From Terriglobia bacterium (GTDB taxonomy: Bacteria > Acidobacteriota > Terriglobia > JAJPHL01 > JAPKYU01): a DNA stretch of 64,000 bases. The number at the start of each line of letters is the position of its first letter. Within the stretch, counting starts at the first letter, position 1. The stretch is taken from the NCBI GenBank assembly GCA_965206645.1, contig CBDBKE010000004.1, forward strand, positions 768,001 through 832,000. The letters run 5' to 3'. Both the position numbers and the translations under genes were made by a program. Shown here piece after piece: positions 9,005-19,173 of the stretch. A model generated the notes under the pieces. The model was not told the origin of the DNA, made no database searches, and saw only the letters and a program-made list of their open reading frames with translations.

Positions 9005-9787
9005 CTAGGAATCACGGAACAGCCGGGCCAGCAGCCGGTCTGTGGTGCCGGGAAACCAGCGAGAAAGACCAATGAAGGCGCGCAGCGCGCCCGGCACCAT
9101 GATTTCCCGCTTCTCCTTGCGGGAACCCGCCACGATGGCTCGCGCACAACGCTCGGCCGAGATGCCGCCCCTCCGGCTGCGATACCCCTGCGGCACCGTA
9201 CCCCAGTAGGCATTGTCAGCGAACGGAGTACGGATCCGGCCGGGATAGACGCCCAGCACGTGGATGCCGAAGGGTTTCACCTCCACGCGCAGCGAATCGG
9301 TCAAGGCCCGCAACGAGAACTTGCTAGCCGCATAGGCGCCCATTGCCGGCATTGCCACATACCCCGCGACCGAGGAGACGTTGATGATCTGCCCCTGACG
9401 CCGATACTTCATCTGGGGCAGTACGGTTTGGATCAGGTGGATCGGCGCAAATACGTTGAGCGCAAACAGGCGCTGGAACTGCACGCGGTCCATGTCGCTC
9501 AGCGTCGAGAATAATCCCACACCAGCGTTGTTCACCAGGACGTCGACGCGGCCGAAGCGCTGCAGGCCGCGGTCCACGAGCTCGGCGATCTGGCGGGGAT
9601 CCGTCAGGTCGGTGGGCACGGCCAGCGCCCGGCCTTGTGGCAACCTGGAGACCACCTGCTCGAGCCGCTCGGTCGAGCGGGCCGCTAGCACCAGCTGCGC
9701 TCCTTCGTCGGCGTAGGCGCGGGCCAGCGCTTCGCCGATCCCCATCGAGGCTCCCGTAATCAACACCACGCGCTCTGCCAATTCCAT
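9005..9787 (-). CDS. Short-chain dehydrogenase/reductase
   Basis: TGASMGIG, NNAG, YAASK. Confidence 0.93.
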   Translation of the reverse strand: MELAERVVLITGASMGIGEALARAYADEGAQLVLAARSTERLEQVVSRLPQGRALAVPTDLTDPRQIAELVDRGLQRFGRVDVLVNNAGVGLFSTLSDMDRVQFQRLFALNVFAPIHLIQTVLPQMKYRRQGQIINVSSVAGYVAMPAMGAYAASKFSLRALTDSLRVEVKPFGIHVLGVYPGRIRTPFADNAYWGTVPQGYRSRRGGISAERCARAIVAGSRKEKREIMVPGALRAFIGLSRWFPGTTDRLLARLFRDS

Positions 9788-9844
9788 GTCGTCTATTGTG
9801 CCTCAACTGCGGTGCTCCGCGCCCGGTGATACCATGGAGCAGGC

Positions 9845-10477
9845 ATGCAGGACTCGCTGATCCCGCTATTCCCGCTGGAGGTGGTGTTATTTCCCGGACA
9901 GCCGCTGCCGCTGCATATCTTTGAGGAGCGCTATAAGGTCATGATCCGCGAGTGCCTGGCCGCGAAGGAGCAAGGGGAATTCGGCGTTGTCCTGGCCAAG
10001 CCGAATGGCATTGCCAAGGTGGGCTGCACCGCCGAGGTGGTCGAGCTCGTCCGCTCCTACGCCGACGGCCGCATGGACATCGTCACCGCAGGCAGGCGCC
10101 GCTTCGAGGTGCTGTTCGTAGACCAGAGCAAGGAGTACCTGCGCGGCGCGCCCCAGTTCTTCCAGGATGAAGAAAGTTCGGCGTCCGATGCCCTGCGCGA
10201 CCGCGTACTGGAACTCCACCGGCAGGTGGTTGAATTGCTCCCCGATCGTGAGCAAGAGCATGAAGCGCCGGGCGCCGAGGCGGATCCGGCGCCGCTGTCG
10301 TTTCGCCTGACGGGCACGCTCCCGCTCGAACTGGATTTCAAGCAGTCGTTGCTCGCGCTGCGTTCAGAGACTCAGCGGCTGGAACGAATGGCGCAATACT
10401 TCGAGCGCTTGCCCTCCCAGCTGCGCCGGGCCGGCTGGGTGCGCACGAAGTCTGGGGGCAACGGCCATTGCAGATAG
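9845..10477 (+). CDS. Stand-alone Lon N-terminal substrate-binding domain protein
   Basis: IPLFPLEVVLFPGQPLPLHIFEERYKVMI; no ATPase or protease domain. Confidence 0.9.
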   Translation: MQDSLIPLFPLEVVLFPGQPLPLHIFEERYKVMIRECLAAKEQGEFGVVLAKPNGIAKVGCTAEVVELVRSYADGRMDIVTAGRRRFEVLFVDQSKEYLRGAPQFFQDEESSASDALRDRVLELHRQVVELLPDREQEHEAPGAEADPAPLSFRLTGTLPLELDFKQSLLALRSETQRLERMAQYFERLPSQLRRAGWVRTKSGGNGHCR

Positions 10478-10526
10478 CTGCACGGCATGGCTTCAGGAAT
10501 CTCTGGAAACGTCGAAGGTATCCTGC

Positions 10527-10535
10527 TGTTATAAT
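10527..10535 (+). promoter_or_regulatory. Extended -10 promoter element for the AAA+/vWA operon
   Basis: Perfect TG-T-TATAAT about 80 bp upstream of ATG 10614. Confidence 0.6.
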
Positions 10536-10613
10536 CAACTTTTCGTACAAGAATCGGACTACGGGAAGATTTTTCTTCGCCCGCGCTGGAAGTTTCGGGG
10601 GAGCCATCGCACC

Positions 10614-12083
10614 ATGAACAAACCGACGACTCTGGGGGAACTGCGCCGCAGCGAATACTGGCACACGCAACTGCGCTCCGTGAAGGACGAGATGCGAGAG
10701 AACTTGATCTGCAAGGTCAAGCGCAAGGTTCCGTTGTTTCCCGGCATCATTGGGTATGAAGATTCCGTCCTACCCCGGCTGGCCAACGCCATTCTCTCCC
10801 GGCACAATTTCATCCTGCTCGGCCTGCGTGGACAGGCCAAGAGCCGCCTGCTGCGGGCCTTGACGGGATTACTGGAGGAGGAAATCCCCGTCGTGGCCGG
10901 CTGCGAGATCAATGACAGTCCCTCCCGGCCCATCTGCCGAGCGTGCCGCCAGAAAATTCATGAACTGGGGGACCAGACCCCCCTGACATGGCTGGGCAGC
11001 GAGCAACGGTTCGTGGAGAAGCTGGCGACTCCCGATGTCACCATCGCCGACATGATCGGCGACGTAGACCCCATCAAGGCAGCCCGCGGCGGGCACCAGC
11101 TCTCCGACGAGCTGACCATTCACTACGGCCTGCTCCCCCGCGCCAACCGCTGCATCTTCGCCATCAACGAGCTGCCGGATCTGGCCGGCAAGATCCAGGT
11201 GGGCCTGTTCAACATCATGGAAGAAGGCGACGTCCAGATTAAAGGCTACCCAGTGCGCCTTCCGGTGGACGTGCTGTTGGTGTTTAGCGCCAATCCGGAG
11301 GACTACACGGCACGCGGTAAGATCGTCACCCCGTTGAAAGACCGCATCGGGTCGGAGATCCGCACCCACTACCCGGCCAGTCTGGACCACGGCATGGCTA
11401 TCACCGCCCAGGAGTCCTTCACCGAGCGCGACGGGATGCCCCTGCACGTCCCGCACTATATCCGCGAGATCGTGGAGGAGATCGCTTTCCAGGCACGCGG
11501 TGACAAGAGGATTGATCAGCGTTCCGGGGTATCCCAACGCATACCCATCACCTACCTGGAAAACGTCGTTTCCAACGCCGAGCGGCGCGCCATCCGCAAC
11601 GGCGAAGCCCGCACCTTACCCCGGATCTGCGATATCTATGCCGCCTTGCCCGCCCTCACCGGAAAACTGGAGCTGGAGTATGAGGGCGAACTGAAGGGCG
11701 CCGAGCAAGTGGCGCGCGATCTGATCCGCGCCGCCGTCAGCAAGGTCTACGGGCGCTACTTTGAAGGCGCCGATATGCAACAGATCGTCCAGTGGTTCGA
11801 TTTGGGGGGAACGCTGAAGATTACGGAAACGGCGCCGACAGGCGAGGTCTTGCCGCAGCTCCGTTCCATTCAGGGCCTGCTGGAGCGGGTGGCCGCCCTG
11901 GGCATCCGGCCCAAGAAGGATCCGGCGCTGGCAGTTTCGGCCGCCGAATTCTTGCTGGAAGGCCTCTACGCCCAACGCCGCATCAGCCGCTCAGAAGAGC
12001 GCGGCTACGTGGCAGAGGAAAAGAAGAGGGAAATGCCGACGCGCGAGGATTTCAGCAACCGCTACCGCAAGCCCTATAACTGA
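10614..12083 (+). CDS. ChlI/MoxR-related AAA+ ATPase ('magnesium chelatase'-like)
   Basis: Walker A GLRGQAKS, Walker B variant IFAINE, SANPEDY, PLKDRIG. Confidence 0.88.
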   Translation: MNKPTTLGELRRSEYWHTQLRSVKDEMRENLICKVKRKVPLFPGIIGYEDSVLPRLANAILSRHNFILLGLRGQAKSRLLRALTGLLEEEIPVVAGCEINDSPSRPICRACRQKIHELGDQTPLTWLGSEQRFVEKLATPDVTIADMIGDVDPIKAARGGHQLSDELTIHYGLLPRANRCIFAINELPDLAGKIQVGLFNIMEEGDVQIKGYPVRLPVDVLLVFSANPEDYTARGKIVTPLKDRIGSEIRTHYPASLDHGMAITAQESFTERDGMPLHVPHYIREIVEEIAFQARGDKRIDQRSGVSQRIPITYLENVVSNAERRAIRNGEARTLPRICDIYAALPALTGKLELEYEGELKGAEQVARDLIRAAVSKVYGRYFEGADMQQIVQWFDLGGTLKITETAPTGEVLPQLRSIQGLLERVAALGIRPKKDPALAVSAAEFLLEGLYAQRRISRSEERGYVAEEKKREMPTREDFSNRYRKPYN

Positions 12084-12142
12084 ATTGCGAATTTAGGGAT
12101 TTGCCCGGGGATTCTTTAGCCGACGCAGATTTCTAGCAGCCT

Positions 12143-13414
12143 ATGAAATTTATCAAGTACTCGAAATTTACCGGGGAGGAACTGGAGGGCATTGACCTCG
12201 ACAGCCTGATGAAGGCGCTGGCGGGCTTCCTGCTGCAAAGCGGCTTCCAGATGCAGAATTACTACCCCTTCGAGAACGACTCCGAGCGCTCGATGGATCA
12301 GCTCAAGGAGGCCATCCGGGAAGCGCTCGAGAGCGGCGGCGCCTTCTCCGACGACCAGCTCCAGGAGTGGATGGAGCGGCTGGAGAACATGACGCCGGAA
12401 CAGATGCAGCAGTTGGTGGAGCAACTTGCCGAGCGTCTCCAGCAGGAAGGCTACATCACCGTCAGTGAGCCTTTCGACCCCGAGCAATCCCCCAATCAAT
12501 CTCCCACACAGATGTCCAACGCCGCTGGCCACATGGACTCGCGGTCCCAGGTCAAGTTCGAACTGACCGACAAGAGCCTGGACTTCCTCGGCTACCGCAC
12601 CCTGAAAGACCTGCTCGCCTCGCTGGGCAAATCCAGCTTCGGCCGCCACGACACGCGCGATCTGGCTACCGGAATCGAAGCCTGCGGGGCCTCGAAACTC
12701 TATGAGTTTGGCGACACGATGAATCTGGACATCAGCGGAACCCTGTTCAGCGCCATGAAGCGCGCGGGGATGAAGCTGCCGTTGGACCTGGATTACCCGG
12801 ACCTGCAGGTCCAGCAGGCCGAGTACCAGTCCTCTTGCGCCACCGTTCTGATGCTGGACTGCAGCCACAGCATGATCCTCTACGGCGAGGACCGCTTCAC
12901 TCCTGCCAAGCAGGTGGCCCTGGCGCTGGCGCACCTGATTCACATGCAATATGCCGGCGACAGTCTGCAGTTAGTGCTGTTCCACGACTCGGCCGAGGAG
13001 GTGCCTCTGACGCAACTGGCCCGCGTGCAGGTGGGACCCCATTACACCAACACCCGCGAGGGCCTGCGCCTGTCCCAGCGCCTGCTGGCCCGCCAGGGCA
13101 AGGACATGCGCCAAATCATCATGATCACCGACGGCAAGCCGTCGGCGCTGACATTGGAAGACGGGCGCATCTACAAGAATGCCTTTGGTCTGGACCCCCT
13201 GGTGGTCAGCGAAACATTGAAAGAAGTGGCCAAGTGCCGGCGTAGTGGAATCCTGATCAACACCTTCATGCTGGCCAGCGACTACGGCCTGGTTAATTTC
13301 GTGCGGAAGGTTACCGAAATCTGCCGCGGCAAAGCCTACTTCACCACCCCCTTCAACCTGGGCCAGTACCTGCTGATGGATTACATGTCGCGCAAGACCC
13401 GCACCGTCCACTGA
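12143..13414 (+). CDS. von Willebrand factor A domain protein
   Basis: MIDAS motif DCSHS...TNT...ITDG, preceded by a helical N-terminus. Confidence 0.9.
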   Translation: MKFIKYSKFTGEELEGIDLDSLMKALAGFLLQSGFQMQNYYPFENDSERSMDQLKEAIREALESGGAFSDDQLQEWMERLENMTPEQMQQLVEQLAERLQQEGYITVSEPFDPEQSPNQSPTQMSNAAGHMDSRSQVKFELTDKSLDFLGYRTLKDLLASLGKSSFGRHDTRDLATGIEACGASKLYEFGDTMNLDISGTLFSAMKRAGMKLPLDLDYPDLQVQQAEYQSSCATVLMLDCSHSMILYGEDRFTPAKQVALALAHLIHMQYAGDSLQLVLFHDSAEEVPLTQLARVQVGPHYTNTREGLRLSQRLLARQGKDMRQIIMITDGKPSALTLEDGRIYKNAFGLDPLVVSETLKEVAKCRRSGILINTFMLASDYGLVNFVRKVTEICRGKAYFTTPFNLGQYLLMDYMSRKTRTVH

Positions 13415-13470
13415 GTGTATAAGAGCTGAGAGGGTGGTTGGAACCTACGCTTGATGCCAAAGGAGGAGCT

Positions 13471-13902
13471 GTGACAATCAGCAAAGACGCAAAAGAGTTG
13501 GAGATGCCGTGGGAGAAGGGGTGCGGCTACTCGCAGGCTGTGAAAGTTGGGGACACCATCTATGTATCCGGGCAGCTGAGCCACGACGACAAGGGGAATA
13601 TGGTCGGCCCTGCGCCGCTTGACGACAAAGGAAATATCACCGACTACGGGAACATGGAGATCCAGATGCGCCAAATCTACGTCAACGCCAAGAAGGTGCT
13701 CGCGCAGTATGGCGCAACGCTGGACAATGCGGTCGATGAAGTCGTGTACGTGAGGGACATGGATGCTGCTTTCGCCGTAGTGGGAGAGGTTCGGGCGGAA
13801 GCTTATTCCGGCACGCCAGTCGTGGCGAGCACCATACTGGTGACTCCGCGTCTCGCGTTTCCGAACCAACTGATCGAGATCAAGTTGATCGCCAAAGTGT
13901 AA
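13471..13902 (+). CDS. RidA/YjgF/UK114 family protein
   Basis: GYSQAVKVGDTIYVSGQ, LIEIK. GTG start after AAGGAGG. Confidence 0.88.
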   Translation: MTISKDAKELEMPWEKGCGYSQAVKVGDTIYVSGQLSHDDKGNMVGPAPLDDKGNITDYGNMEIQMRQIYVNAKKVLAQYGATLDNAVDEVVYVRDMDAAFAVVGEVRAEAYSGTPVVASTILVTPRLAFPNQLIEIKLIAKV

Positions 13903-13988
13903 GCCAAACTGTAAGACAGTAGCTTCGAGGAAGACAGCAGTGGAGCAGTAGTCGCGGTCGAGGATAGCTACCGCCGACTGGTCACTGC

Positions 13989-14783
13989 TTAGCGCTTGCG
14001 ACGGCGCGGTTCGGTGCGCTCCGGGCCAGGCGGGCGCTGGAACAGCGAGTCTGGTGGCTCCGTATTGTAGGCGGCGGAGGTGAGGAAGACTTCGAAGATT
14101 TTCTGCCCGTTACGCTCGCGGAGCCGGTAGTAGGGAGTGAAAATTCCGCTTACATTTCGGTACTTGCCCAGCACTTCCACTTCGATCTCCCGCACTCGGG
14201 TCCGGGGATTACGACGCGACCACTGGCGCCGCACCGGCAGTTTGCTGGCGCGCTCGACCGCAATGGTCACAGCGCGATTCTCGGCGTCCACCACCTCCAC
14301 CAGGTCCACCGGGCGCCGCGCGATCATGCCCCCGCCCGCGTAGCGCACCAGTAATCCCGGCTCCTTCATCCGGGAGCGCAGGATATGCTCCACGCTGAGC
14401 AGATTGTTCTCCCGGATTCGCTGCATCTCTTCGGGGGGATACTCCCGCACGCCGCGAAAGTTCTTGTCCCAGCCCTTGTCGCCATTGAAGACCACGATGC
14501 GGTCCTTGTCCTTACCCAATTCCTGGCGTTCCTTGTCGGGGAACTTTTCGTAGACGACGAAGCGCGCCAGCCCGGAAAGCCGTTCATCGCGTCCGAACTG
14601 GAAGGCGCGGCCCTCGGCGCGTAAATCCCGGGCGTCAAGGAAGGCTGCTCCGCCCAGTTTCTCAATGGTCGCCTCTAAGATCGCCCGCCCCTTGTCCGCC
14701 GGGCTGGTTTCTTGCGCGGGTAGCGCCCTGGGATGTAGGAGTAGAATCAGAAAAGAAGCGATCAAAAGCCGCAAGCGATTCAT
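13989..14783 (-). CDS. Secreted hypothetical protein, LolA-like fold suspected
   Basis: Signal peptide; 'IEKLGG' N-terminus; beta-rich; ends in a 'DSLFQRP' pattern typical of LolA-like proteins. Confidence 0.7.
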   Translation of the reverse strand: MNRLRLLIASFLILLLHPRALPAQETSPADKGRAILEATIEKLGGAAFLDARDLRAEGRAFQFGRDERLSGLARFVVYEKFPDKERQELGKDKDRIVVFNGDKGWDKNFRGVREYPPEEMQRIRENNLLSVEHILRSRMKEPGLLVRYAGGGMIARRPVDLVEVVDAENRAVTIAVERASKLPVRRQWSRRNPRTRVREIEVEVLGKYRNVSGIFTPYYRLRERNGQKIFEVFLTSAAYNTEPPDSLFQRPPGPERTEPRRRKR

Positions 14784-14862
14784 CTTAACTCACCGATTGG
14801 CTCACTGAAATCCCAAGGTCCGAATCCCTTCCCCTGCCCGCCTGCTGCCTACGGCCTGCCGT

Positions 14863-15558
14863 CTACTGTCCCACTGCGCGGCGGACCAGTTCCTCAAACA
14901 AGGCGCGGGAAATCGGACTCTTCTGCCAGATGCGCTCCGGGTGCCACTGCACACCCAGCAAGAAGCGGTCAGGCTCGGTCGTCTCCACCGCCTCGATGAC
15001 GCCGTCGGGTGTACGCGCCGTGATTCGCAGCGCTGCCGACACGCGCTCCAGGGCCTGGTGGTGGCTGGTATTGACCTCATGGTCGCCAGCCCCGCCCAGC
15101 CGCGCCAGCAACGACCCAGCCTCGACCCGCACAGTGTGGGGCACCTTGCGGTCACTGTGCGCAATGTCGGTTTCCAGATGCTGCACCAGGCTGCCGCCCA
15201 TCGCCACGTTCAGCATCTGGGTACCGAAGCAGATGCCCAGCAGCGGTTTGTGCCGTTCCAATGCTTGGTGGATTAGCGCCGCGTCCAGCTGGTCCCGCTC
15301 GCGGTGCACCGGGCCCAGCTTGGGATGCGGGCTGGCGCCGTAGAGCTCGGGGTCCACATCGCTGCGACTGCCGGGCAGCACGATAGCGTCAAGCCGCTCC
15401 ACGAGCGCCAGCGCATATTCCGGCTCGGCCAGTAGTGGCAGCATGACCGGGACGCCACCGGCGGCCAGCACCGCTTCGCTGTACTCGCGCTGCAAATAGA
15501 ACCAGTCGCCTTCGGCCTTCTTCTCCAGCCGGCAACTGATGCCAATCAATGGTCGCAC
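14863..15558 (-). CDS. Gamma-glutamyl-GABA hydrolase family (peptidase C26, PuuD-like)
   Basis: LGICFG catalytic Cys, VNTSHHQA, GVQWHPE. Confidence 0.92.
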   Translation of the reverse strand: MRPLIGISCRLEKKAEGDWFYLQREYSEAVLAAGGVPVMLPLLAEPEYALALVERLDAIVLPGSRSDVDPELYGASPHPKLGPVHRERDQLDAALIHQALERHKPLLGICFGTQMLNVAMGGSLVQHLETDIAHSDRKVPHTVRVEAGSLLARLGGAGDHEVNTSHHQALERVSAALRITARTPDGVIEAVETTEPDRFLLGVQWHPERIWQKSPISRALFEELVRRAVGQ

Positions 15559-15597
15559 CGCCCCTCCGGAAAGCCAACGGCGATTAGCCGTGACCTC

Positions 15598-16389
15598 TCA
15601 GCCCTCGGCTTCTCCTGCGCTCACTACGGATAAGCCGTGTCCCGCTTCATCTGCTCCCTCCCCAGGCAGAGAGCGCGCAATTTGCTCGCGAACTTCGGTT
15701 GCCAGTCGGTCTGCATCCTTGCGCGTCGTGCCGGCGGTCGGGATGGGCTGCTTCACCACCACTTCGACCTGGCCTGGCCGAATGTTGATGGAACCGATTG
15801 GCAACACCTCACGTGTTCCTAAAATCACTACCGGCACCACCGGGACGCCTGCCTTGATGGCCAGCAGGAACGGCCCAGCCCGGAACGGCCGCAAGCGCAA
15901 GTCGCGACTGCGTCCACCCTCGGGGAAAAAGAACAGCGAGGAGCCGGTGCGGAGTTTCTGCGCTGCCTGCTCGAAACTGCGTCGGGCTGCGCGGGGATTC
16001 TCATAATCCACTGGCAAGTGTCCCGAACGGCGGAGGTGCCAACCCATAAACGGAATCCGAAACAGGCTTTTCTTGGCCAGGATGGTGAACTGCACCGGCA
16101 GTTTTCCGAAAATCACCGGGGTATCAATCAAGCTCATGTGGTTGGCGCAAAAGATGTAGGCGTGGCCCGGCTCAACGTTCTCCCAGCCCCGCACGCGGAC
16201 CCTAACACGGCCGGTGGCCAGGATCATGCGCGACCAGATCTGCGCGCAACGGTGCTGAAAGGCTCCCCGCGGGTCCACCAGGGAACTGGCCACCGAGATC
16301 GTTCCCATGACGATGGTATAGAGGCAAATCAGCGGGTTGGTGACGAGCACCGAACGCAACCACCCCAGGGCGTTGCGAGCCGCACTCAT
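15598..16389 (-). CDS. plsC: 1-acyl-sn-glycerol-3-phosphate acyltransferase
   Basis: NHMSLID and FPEGGRS motifs. ATGA overlap with folC. Confidence 0.9.
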   Translation of the reverse strand: MSAARNALGWLRSVLVTNPLICLYTIVMGTISVASSLVDPRGAFQHRCAQIWSRMILATGRVRVRVRGWENVEPGHAYIFCANHMSLIDTPVIFGKLPVQFTILAKKSLFRIPFMGWHLRRSGHLPVDYENPRAARRSFEQAAQKLRTGSSLFFFPEGGRSRDLRLRPFRAGPFLLAIKAGVPVVPVVILGTREVLPIGSINIRPGQVEVVVKQPIPTAGTTRKDADRLATEVREQIARSLPGEGADEAGHGLSVVSAGEAEG

Positions 16390-17663
16390 GGGCCGCGTCC
16401 CAGCACGAGCTGGCGGATTTCTCCCACCAGGTAGAGTGAGCCGGTGACTACTACGACACCGTCTGGCCCCGCCAGCTCGCGCGCCAGTTCCAGCGCCTTG
16501 CCTGGCTCCTCGCGCTCGAGCACGCACGCGTTTAGGTGGCTGGTCAGCTCTGCAATGCCTTGCGGTGTGGCTGCGCGCCTCTGCTGCGGTCGGGTGAGGA
16601 CGACTCCGGCCGCCAGCGGAAAAAGCAGGTCAGCGATCTCCGCCACAGCCTTGTCCCGCATGCTGCCAAACACCAGCACCAGCCGCCGAGCGGTTGCTCC
16701 CGGGTCAGAGGCGAACAGCGACTCGCGAAGGTAGGCACCGAGGGCGCGGGCAGCGGCCGGGTTGTGGGCGCCGTCCAGTAACAGCGCCGGCCTGCCCTGT
16801 ATCCATTCCAACCGCCCCGGCCAGCGCACTGTGGCCAGACCCTCGGCCAGCGCCGCGAGCGAAACCTCGACACCGAGGCGGCGCAATTCTTCGATCGCGG
16901 TCGTCACCACGGCGGCGTTGGCCGCCTGGTGGCGGCCAGGCAGGGCCAGCCGCAACTGCCCATTCAGCCGGAGCAGGTTGTTCTGCTGAGCGTAGACCAG
17001 GCGTGCACCGCGCTCCCGCGCGACTCGTTCCAGCACCGCCGCCGCCTCCGGATGTTGCACCGCGCTCACCACCACGCCACCTTCCTTGATAATGCCGGCC
17101 TTCTCGAACGCGATCTGCTCCAGGGTGTGGCCCAGGTAAGGTTCGTGGTCGAACTCCACCGGCATGATGATGGAGAGCAGCGGAGTGAGCGCGCTGGTGG
17201 CATCCAGCCGGCCGCCCATGCCCACTTCGACTGCGGCAATCTCGCAGCGGGCTCGACGAAAGTGTTCGAACGCGATTGCTGTGAGGGACTCGAAGAAACT
17301 GGGATGCGCCGGCAGCTCGTGGCGCGCGAGCAGACGCTCCACAGCAGCCACCACGTCGGCTGAGACGGCAGCGAAATCGAGGTCGGCAATCTCCTCGCCC
17401 GCAACTTGAATGCGCTCGTTGACGCGTACCAGGTGCGGCGAGGTGTACAGGCCCGTGCGGTAGCCGGCCGAGCGCAGCACCGCCTCCAGCATCGCCGCCG
17501 CTGACCCTTTGCCATTGGTGCCGGCGATTTGCACCGCCCTCCAGGCTTGCTCGGGATGGCCGAGTTCCTCCAACAGGCGGCGAATGTTGGCCAGATCGAA
17601 CTTGACCCCGTGCAGCTCCTGGCCCACTGAAAGCAAGTAGGAAACGGCAGCCCCGTAGGTCAT
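16386..17663 (-). CDS. folC: Folylpolyglutamate synthase/dihydrofolate synthase
   Basis: AGTNGKGS, YTSPHL, EVGMGGRLDAT, LDGAHN, TGSLYLVG. Confidence 0.96.
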   Translation of the reverse strand: MTYGAAVSYLLSVGQELHGVKFDLANIRRLLEELGHPEQAWRAVQIAGTNGKGSAAAMLEAVLRSAGYRTGLYTSPHLVRVNERIQVAGEEIADLDFAAVSADVVAAVERLLARHELPAHPSFFESLTAIAFEHFRRARCEIAAVEVGMGGRLDATSALTPLLSIIMPVEFDHEPYLGHTLEQIAFEKAGIIKEGGVVVSAVQHPEAAAVLERVARERGARLVYAQQNNLLRLNGQLRLALPGRHQAANAAVVTTAIEELRRLGVEVSLAALAEGLATVRWPGRLEWIQGRPALLLDGAHNPAAARALGAYLRESLFASDPGATARRLVLVFGSMRDKAVAEIADLLFPLAAGVVLTRPQQRRAATPQGIAELTSHLNACVLEREEPGKALELARELAGPDGVVVVTGSLYLVGEIRQLVLGRGP

Positions 17664-17672
17664 GGCGGCATC

Positions 17673-18572
17673 TTATCCGGAGATGGCAGGTCCGGAACTG
17701 GCAGGTCCGCTCGGGCCGCTGCTGGTGGAACCGGACGGAAGGCAAAACTCCAGGGCCCGCGCAATGTAGTGTTTCAGGTCCCTGCGGTGCACGACCGCAT
17801 CCAGCATGCCGTGCTCCAGCAGGAATTCGCTGCGCTGGAAACCTTCGGGCAACTTCTGGCGAATTGTCTGCTCAATCACGCGAGGCCCGGCAAAGCCGAT
17901 CAAGGCGCCGGGCTCAGCGATGTTCAGGTCGCCCAGCATGGCGAAACTGGCGGTGACGCCGCCGGTGGTGGGGTCGGTGAGCACGCTGATGTAGGGGATA
18001 CGCTCCTCATCGAGGCGGACCAGGACGGCGCTGATCTTGGCCATCTGCATCAGACTCACCACCCCTTCCATCATGCGCGCGCCCCCGGAGGCCGAGACGA
18101 TGATCAGCGGCAGGCGGCTGGCCAGGCTGCGCTCGACGGCGCGAGCAATTTTTTCACCGACCACTGCCCCCATGCTTCCTCCGATGAAACTATATTCCAT
18201 CGAGCAAAGCACCACCCGGCGGTTTTCTAGCGCGCCCTCGGCGGTGATCATGGCGTCCTTGAGCTGGGTTTGTTTCTGCATCTGGGCCAGGCGGTTCCGG
18301 TAGCTTTTCAGGTCCACGAACTTGAGTGGGTCAGTGGAGGCCAGGTTGGCATCGTGCTCCGCCCAATCGCCGTCCAGCAGCAGACGGAGGCGCGTCCTGG
18401 CGTCAACACGAAAATGGAACTCGCAGCGGGGGCAGACATTCCAACCGGCTTCCAGGTCTTTCTTCCAGATAATCTGTCGGCAGTTGCTGCACTTGGTCCA
18501 CAACCCCTCGGTGCGGACGTGCTTCTCGTCCGACGCTTCCAGAGGCTTCTTTTCTCTCTTGAACCAAGCCAT
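17673..18572 (-). CDS. accD: Acetyl-CoA carboxylase carboxyltransferase beta subunit
   Basis: Zn finger LWTKCSNC...CPRC, GGSMG, SGGARM, PTTGGV, GFAGPRVIEQT. Confidence 0.97.
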   Translation of the reverse strand: MAWFKREKKPLEASDEKHVRTEGLWTKCSNCRQIIWKKDLEAGWNVCPRCEFHFRVDARTRLRLLLDGDWAEHDANLASTDPLKFVDLKSYRNRLAQMQKQTQLKDAMITAEGALENRRVVLCSMEYSFIGGSMGAVVGEKIARAVERSLASRLPLIIVSASGGARMMEGVVSLMQMAKISAVLVRLDEERIPYISVLTDPTTGGVTASFAMLGDLNIAEPGALIGFAGPRVIEQTIRQKLPEGFQRSEFLLEHGMLDAVVHRRDLKHYIARALEFCLPSGSTSSGPSGPASSGPAISG

Positions 18573-18619
18573 GCAGTTTTCCGGGCTTGCAGCGGCGCTT
18601 CCTCGTCGACAATCCCTCG

Positions 18620-19144
18620 TTAATAATCAATGCCGCGTTGCGCCAGGATGCCTTTCTGGAACGGGTGCTTGACCTCTTTCATTTCCGTGACCAGGTCAGC
18701 GACCTCGACCAGGCTGGGGTGGGCGTTACGCCCGGTCAGGATGACGTGGACGTCCTCGGGCCGTTGCGCCAGCGCTTCAGCTACTCTTTCGGCAGCGAGC
18801 ATGCCATAGTGAATAGCGTAGTTGATCTCGTCGAAAATCACCAACTGGTACTCACCCGAAAAGACCTTTTGCCTGCCAAGTTCCCAGGCTTTTTCCACCA
18901 GCTCCACATCTGCCGGGTCCGGCTTCTCCGTACCCACCTTGACGAAACCGCGCCCCATGGGCAGCAGCCGGAAGCGCTCTTCGCCCAGCAGCTCGGCTGT
19001 GTCCAGCTCGCCGTAGTGCCAGGACCCTTTCAGGAACTGCACCATCAGCACCTTCAGTCCCTGGCCGATGGCGCGCAAGGCAGTGCCCAGCGCGGCGCTG
19101 GTCTTGCCCTTTCCGTTGCCGGTGTAAATGATCAGCAGCCCCAT
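18620..19144 (-). CDS. cobO: Cob(I)yrinic acid a,c-diamide adenosyltransferase
   Basis: YTGNGKGKTSAALG, QFLKG, DEI, LTGR, KHPF. Confidence 0.93.
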   Translation of the reverse strand: MGLLIIYTGNGKGKTSAALGTALRAIGQGLKVLMVQFLKGSWHYGELDTAELLGEERFRLLPMGRGFVKVGTEKPDPADVELVEKAWELGRQKVFSGEYQLVIFDEINYAIHYGMLAAERVAEALAQRPEDVHVILTGRNAHPSLVEVADLVTEMKEVKHPFQKGILAQRGIDY

Positions 19145-19173
19145 ATCCAAGAAAACATTCTAGCGGAGGACCG

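Noticed and set aside
10614-12083. True magnesium chelatase / photosynthesis gene
   Set aside because: No bch/chl genes are nearby; pairing with this vWA type fits a MoxR-like role better.
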